32,000 bases of DNA from assembly GCF_000011325.1 (NCBI RefSeq), contig NC_003450.3:3120001-3152000 (forward strand), in the 5' to 3' direction. The translations under genes and the position numbers were made by a program. Source of the DNA: Corynebacterium glutamicum ATCC 13032 (GTDB lineage: Bacteria; Actinomycetota; Actinomycetes; Mycobacteriales; Mycobacteriaceae). Positions 23,358-32,000 of this stretch are shown here, one piece after another. Below the pieces are notes generated by a model. That model was not told the DNA's origin, made no database searches, and worked only from the letters and a program-made list of their open reading frames with translations. How positions within the stretch are numbered: position 1 is the first letter of the stretch; each line of letters begins with the position of its first letter.

Positions 23358-23493
23358 GTCGGTCGACCTTTCATTGATTGGTGAATCCTGCGTTACAGTT
23401 CGTGGAAACTCATGATCTCTAACACCTCTAAGTGTAGCGCGGATACCCGATCCGCACAGCTGGTTAGTACCAGTATTTTTGAGGCTTTTGACA

Positions 23494-24483
23494 CTAATTC
23501 CATGCCGTGCCAAGTGCAGCTATGGAGCGGAACCTGACTTCGGGGTCGTAGGAGTAGGTGACTGTAATGATCTCATCTAACTTGTAGCGATCAGCGAATT
23601 CCTGCAGTTGTAATACCACTGATTCGGCTGTTCCGATGAAAGTCATTTCCAATGAATCTTCGATGTGTTTCCAGATCATCGGGTCGAGTTTGTCTTTCAG
23701 ATTCCGCACTGGTGGGGCAAGTTTGCCGCGGGAGTTCGTCACGATTCCGGCGAACATTTGGTGCAGTGTGGAGATCTGGAATTCGGCTTCTTCCTCGGTG
23801 TCGCACACCAGGACATTCGCTGCGGCCATGACATAAGGATTGGCTGCTAGTTCGCGATAGGAGGCGATGGCGGGCCCCATTTGGAAGGGTGCGAAGTGGC
23901 TGGCGAAGGCGAATGGAAGGTCTAATTTAGCGGCCATCGCAGCGCCGTTGAGGGAAGATCCCAGCATGAATAGCGGCACACGGGAATTTATTCCTGGATG
24001 CGCGATGATGTTCGGGCGTTCTTCGGGGGTGTCCAAATAATTCTGGAGGGAGACGATTGTGGAGAGGACGTCGTCGACAAGCGAACTTGCCCGACCCAAT
24101 TCCCGCGCCGTCATGGGGTCGGTTCCTGGTGCGCGCCCTAGGCCGGCCTCGATGCGGCCGGGGTAAATGGCCTCAAGGGTGCCGAGTTCTTCGGCGACGT
24201 GCAGCGCGGAGTGGTTGGGCATCATGATGCCACCGGAGCCAACGCGAATGCGTGAAGTGTGGCCTGCAATATGACCCATGAGCAGCGTCGTCGCGGAAGA
24301 TGCCAAGCCTTCCGAGTTGTGGTGCTCCGCCACCCAGAAACGCGCATAATTGTGCTCTTCGGCGATCTGCGCAGCGCGAACACTGTGTGCAATGGCCTCG
24401 CCGGCCGTCATCCCTTCACTCAGCGCGACGAGATCAAGCACGCTCAATCGTGGTTTTGGGCCTTCCCCGACTACACTAGACAT
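23494..24483 (-). CDS. LLM-class (luciferase-like) flavin-dependent oxidoreductase, MsnO8/YhbW-like
   Basis: 329-aa ORF. The N-terminus RLSVLDLVALSEGMTAGEAIAHSVRAAQIAEEHNYARFWVAEHHN is characteristic of this LLM subfamily. Confidence 0.9.
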   Translation of the reverse strand: MSSVVGEGPKPRLSVLDLVALSEGMTAGEAIAHSVRAAQIAEEHNYARFWVAEHHNSEGLASSATTLLMGHIAGHTSRIRVGSGGIMMPNHSALHVAEELGTLEAIYPGRIEAGLGRAPGTDPMTARELGRASSLVDDVLSTIVSLQNYLDTPEERPNIIAHPGINSRVPLFMLGSSLNGAAMAAKLDLPFAFASHFAPFQMGPAIASYRELAANPYVMAAANVLVCDTEEEAEFQISTLHQMFAGIVTNSRGKLAPPVRNLKDKLDPMIWKHIEDSLEMTFIGTAESVVLQLQEFADRYKLDEIITVTYSYDPEVRFRSIAALGTAWN

Positions 24484-24492
24484 GTTAAAAAC

Positions 24493-24633
24493 TTATCCAG
24501 CATTCACCACTGCGGCATCAGTGTTTGAAGGGAAAAGCAGGTCAAACAAGGTGCGGCTGATTTGAGCGATCACAGCACCGAGATCTGTGCTGAAGAATTC
24601 AATGATTGGGTTGATGATTGCGTTGAAGTCCAT
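24493..24633 (-). CDS. 46-aa acidic, signal-peptide-less micro-protein (possible PorA/PorH-like small cell-envelope peptide)
   Basis: The translation is MDFNAIINPIIEFFSTDLGAVIAQISRTLFDLLFPSNTDAAVVNAG*. It lies 9 nt upstream of the LLM gene start on the same strand. It uses mostly codons preferred in high-expression Corynebacterium genes (atc, ttc, aac, gca, cca, ctc, cgc, acc). TACCCT (TAnnnT) sits at -13..-8 from the ATG, consistent with a leaderless mRNA. The listed 101-aa extension runs antisense into rluA and is unlikely to be real. Confidence 0.5.
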   Translation of the reverse strand: MDFNAIINPIIEFFSTDLGAVIAQISRTLFDLLFPSNTDAAVVNAG

Positions 24634-24661
24634 GTCTAACAGGGTAGTACAAAAGCCAAAA

Positions 24662-25630
24662 ATGAAAGCGCCGCTACCCATCCGCGACGGCCTCAACCCT
24701 TCCCGTGTGCGCTTGCCGCTCGACGCGGCGCCGATCCGCGCCATCGATTTTGTTGAATACCTCATTTCCACGCAGCGCCACCGCAATCCGGCCGACAACG
24801 CCGAAGCGCTTCAAGCGCGTTTCGACGCCGACCTTGTTGTCAACCACTACGGCGAGCCCTACGCCCCCGACACCATGGTTCAGCCCGACGACGACATTTG
24901 GTTCTACCGCATGCCCGCCGCCGAACGGCCGATCCCTTACAAAATTCATGTCATTCACGAAGACGATGACATCCTCGTCATTGACAAGCCACCCTACCTA
25001 GCAACCATGCCTCGTGGCCGCCACATCACCGAAACCGCTCTGGTGAAAATGCGTGTGCTGACTGGAAACAACGATCTCACCCCAGCTCACCGCCTCGATC
25101 GCCTGACTTCCGGTGTGTTAGTCATGGTGAAAAAACCAGAACTCCGTGGCGCTTACCAAACCTTGTTTGCCCGACGTGAGGCGTCCAAAACCTATGAGGC
25201 AATCGCAGAATTCGTTCCAGGGCTACTTGATGATGGTCCCGCGATTTGGGAATCCCGCATCGAAAAAGAACGCGGCATCGTGCAAGCCTTCGTCGTGGAA
25301 GGCCCCGTCAACGCACGCACTGAACTGGTGTCAGTCACCCCAGTCGAAGACGCCGAACAGAGCATCCTCGAAGAAATGCACGGCCCACTCCCCCGCCAAG
25401 CGCGCTACGTTCTAGCCCCCTCAACAGGCAAAACCCACCAGCTGCGCATCCACATGCGCGACTTCGCAGCCCCCATCCTCGGCGACCCCCTCTACCCCGT
25501 CCTCCACGCAGTCGACGATGAGGACTACACCACCCCAATGCACCTCATCGCCCGCACGCTAACCTTCGTGGATCCTCAAACCAACGAGGAACGTACCTTT
25601 GTGAGTAATCGACCTACGGGAAGTTTGTAG
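24662..25630 (+). CDS. RluA-family RNA pseudouridine synthase
   Basis: I chose ATG 24662 (MKAPLPIRDGLNPSRVRLP..., 322 aa). The catalytic motif is HRLDRLTSGVLVM, and downstream there is GKTHQLRIHM. Confidence 0.9.
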   Translation: MKAPLPIRDGLNPSRVRLPLDAAPIRAIDFVEYLISTQRHRNPADNAEALQARFDADLVVNHYGEPYAPDTMVQPDDDIWFYRMPAAERPIPYKIHVIHEDDDILVIDKPPYLATMPRGRHITETALVKMRVLTGNNDLTPAHRLDRLTSGVLVMVKKPELRGAYQTLFARREASKTYEAIAEFVPGLLDDGPAIWESRIEKERGIVQAFVVEGPVNARTELVSVTPVEDAEQSILEEMHGPLPRQARYVLAPSTGKTHQLRIHMRDFAAPILGDPLYPVLHAVDDEDYTTPMHLIARTLTFVDPQTNEERTFVSNRPTGSL

Positions 25631-25669
25631 GCCTCGTAGACATCACCCAGACGCTCAAGCACTTTTTCA

Positions 25670-25702
25670 AGCCGGTGTAGTTTTCCCTACACTGGCTTTT
25701 CT
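25670..25702 (+). terminator. Rho-independent terminator of the rluA-family gene
   Basis: 11-bp stem (agccggtgtag 25670-25680 / ctacactggct 25687-25697, one G-U pair), then the tail tttctg. Confidence 0.6.
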
Positions 25703-25849
25703 GTCGCTTCGAGCACTTCGGCCCCATCTTGGCATGTCAGCCCATTTTAAGGCTCTCTACAAGCCCTATAAACCACGGAAAGGTGCGCTTGTCGACGCTT
25801 GCCCCCAGGCGCAGGTGCCGCGTGCACAAGGGGCCCAAGACCCCCACAA

Positions 25850-25907
25850 ACACAAAAAAGAGAGGGTGTAGTGAACACACAACCATGTGTATCCACCACA
25901 CCCCCTC
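25850..25907 (-). terminator. Distal (second) terminator of the rRNA operon
   Basis: On the minus strand a long imperfect hairpin (gagggggtgtggtggatacaca / tgtgtgttcactacaccctc, with G-U pairs and a 2-nt bulge) is followed by cttttttgtgtttg. Confidence 0.6.
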
Positions 25908-25910
25908 AAA

Positions 25911-25945
25911 CACGAATAAACCCAGAAACACACAGTGTTTCTGGG
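25911..25945 (-). terminator. Proximal terminator of the rRNA operon, immediately after 5S
   Basis: 11-bp perfect stem (cccagaaacac 25921-25931 / gtgtttctggg 25935-25945), followed on the minus strand by tttattcgtg. Confidence 0.7.
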
Positions 25946-25969
25946 CTTATCCATACTATTTTAAGTTTT

Positions 25970-26089
25970 TGGTCGGCGGTAACCTACTCTCCCACACCCT
26001 CCCGAGTGCAGTACCATCAGCGTAACCAGGCTTAGCTTCCGGGTTCGGAAAGGGACCGGGCGTTTCCCTGCTACTATCACCACCGACAC
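25970..26089 (-). rRNA. rrf: 5S ribosomal RNA (~120 nt; ends +/-3 nt)
   Basis: The minus strand reads GTGTCGGTGGTGATAGTAGCAGGGAAACGCCCGGTCCCTTTCCGAACCCGGAAGCTAAGCC...GGGAGAGTAGGTTACCGCCGACCA. This is the conserved actinobacterial 5S core. Confidence 0.92.
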
Positions 26090-26202
26090 AACCACACACC
26101 AAACCAACCAACAGGTTGGTTGTGCTGTGTCAGACACTGCATAATGGACGCGAACACATATTGTTCTGTTTTCGTTACGTTGCGTTACACCAAACCATAA
26201 AT

Positions 26203-31205
<5,003 letters not shown>

Positions 31206-31839
31206 AAACAATAAAAAAGATTGTTCAGGCCGTGAAAAGCCCAACACCTGACAAAAACAACAACACCCCCACCAACCACACACAAAGGTGACAGTTGGAG
31301 AATGGGGTGTTACTGGCATTATCAAAAAATAATGATTCTAAAAAAACACCACAACCCACATAAGGATCATCGTGCCTTCAACGTGGGCCTGAATCCCTTG
31401 ACGGGGAACAAGCAGACCCACAAAATCATGCCAACAATAAGATTATTGTTTACAGTGATGGATAAAATTGGCGATCCACCACCCGGCATGACCCACCACA
31501 CATCACCCAAGGTGATCTGTGGTAGTGACAAAAATAATAAATGGCACACTATTGAGTTCTCAAACAACATACGCACACCATAAGAGCATCAACATTTGTT
31601 TGTGTTGGTGTCTTGTTGGCAGCTTGTTCAACGTTACTTCATCTTGTTTACTTTCACCAAATCGGTGTTTGTTGACTTCGATGAAGTGTTGTTGGTTTGT
31701 CGAGCGTTTGTTTTCCTAGATCCGCCTCACTGTCCACATAATCTCTTATGTGTTGGGGCGTTGTTGGTCGCGCTGACTGGAATTAATTTACACACCCGCA
31801 CAACAGTCCGCAACTTCCCAGGTCAAGAGGGTTTAAGCG
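31206..31839 (-). promoter_or_regulatory. rRNA operon promoter/leader region
   Basis: This is ~630 nt of non-coding sequence between the upstream gene stop and mature 16S. One -10 candidate is GATAAT (complement of 31318-31323), ~115 nt upstream of 16S and preceded by a T-rich tract. Individual promoters are not resolved. Confidence 0.5.
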
Positions 31840-32000
31840 CTACTTGTACAGGCCCCTACTTTCAGCGACCTGGTCTAAAAGGGCGTGAATGCGCGCACGA
31901 GTGAAACCAAGGTGGATGGATTCGTCGATAAGCGGTGCTACATAAGTAGCCGCGAAGGCGGCATCTCGCCGCTCTCGGATGAGTGCTGGGGCCTGGGCGC
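31840..32000 (-). CDS. 3' end (52 codons) of an unidentified gene whose start lies beyond the window
   Basis: The minus-strand frame is open from the window edge: AQAPALIRERRDAAFAATYVAPLIDESIHLGFTRARIHALLDQVAESRGLYK*, with TAG as the complement of 31840-31842. It is not in the ORF track because there is no start codon in the window. Codon usage looks native. Confidence 0.6.
   Translation of the reverse strand, partial: AQAPALIRERRDAAFAATYVAPLIDESIHLGFTRARIHALLDQVAESRGLYK

Overview
The window looks like a high-GC actinobacterial chromosome, most likely Corynebacterium glutamicum or a close relative. I infer this from recognising the SodA, MsrA, HrrA/HrrS-like and McbR-like protein sequences and their gene order; it needs BLAST confirmation. 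Nt 1-25.7 kb hold about 27 protein-coding genes or gene relics. They include the lldD 3' end, a small AT-rich islet with a decayed HigB/HigA-type toxin-antitoxin pair, and a secreted metallophosphoesterase. An msrA/sodA oxidative-stress pair follows, then LysR+MFS and MarR+MFS regulator/exporter pairs. Next come a polytopic membrane protein with a C-terminal cupredoxin domain and an orphan Cas4-like/RNase H-like nuclease. The heme two-component system hrrSA lies beside a lipoprotein, and a class E sortase is translationally coupled to a 50-aa membrane micro-protein. The remaining genes are yidC, mcbR, a GlsB/YeaQ protein, a tandem-Usp protein, an LLM oxidoreductase and an RluA pseudouridine synthase. 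Nt 25.85-31.2 kb are a complete minus-strand rRNA operon (16S-ITS-23S-5S) with two tandem terminators and a ~630-nt upstream leader. I saw no CRISPR array, transposase, integrase or tRNA. The best candidates for something undescribed are listed here in rough order. First is an unlisted 46-aa acidic PorA/PorH-like micro-ORF. Second is the membrane-cupredoxin fusion. Third is a 480-bp non-coding gap with a thrice-repeated 19-bp element and an SD-preceded mini-ORF. Fourth is the sortase-coupled micro-protein. Fifth is the head-to-head overlapping start codons of hrrS and a lipoprotein gene. Sixth is the homopolymer-frameshifted toxin. All coordinates for starts, RNA ends and motifs were derived by eye and are approximate where stated.
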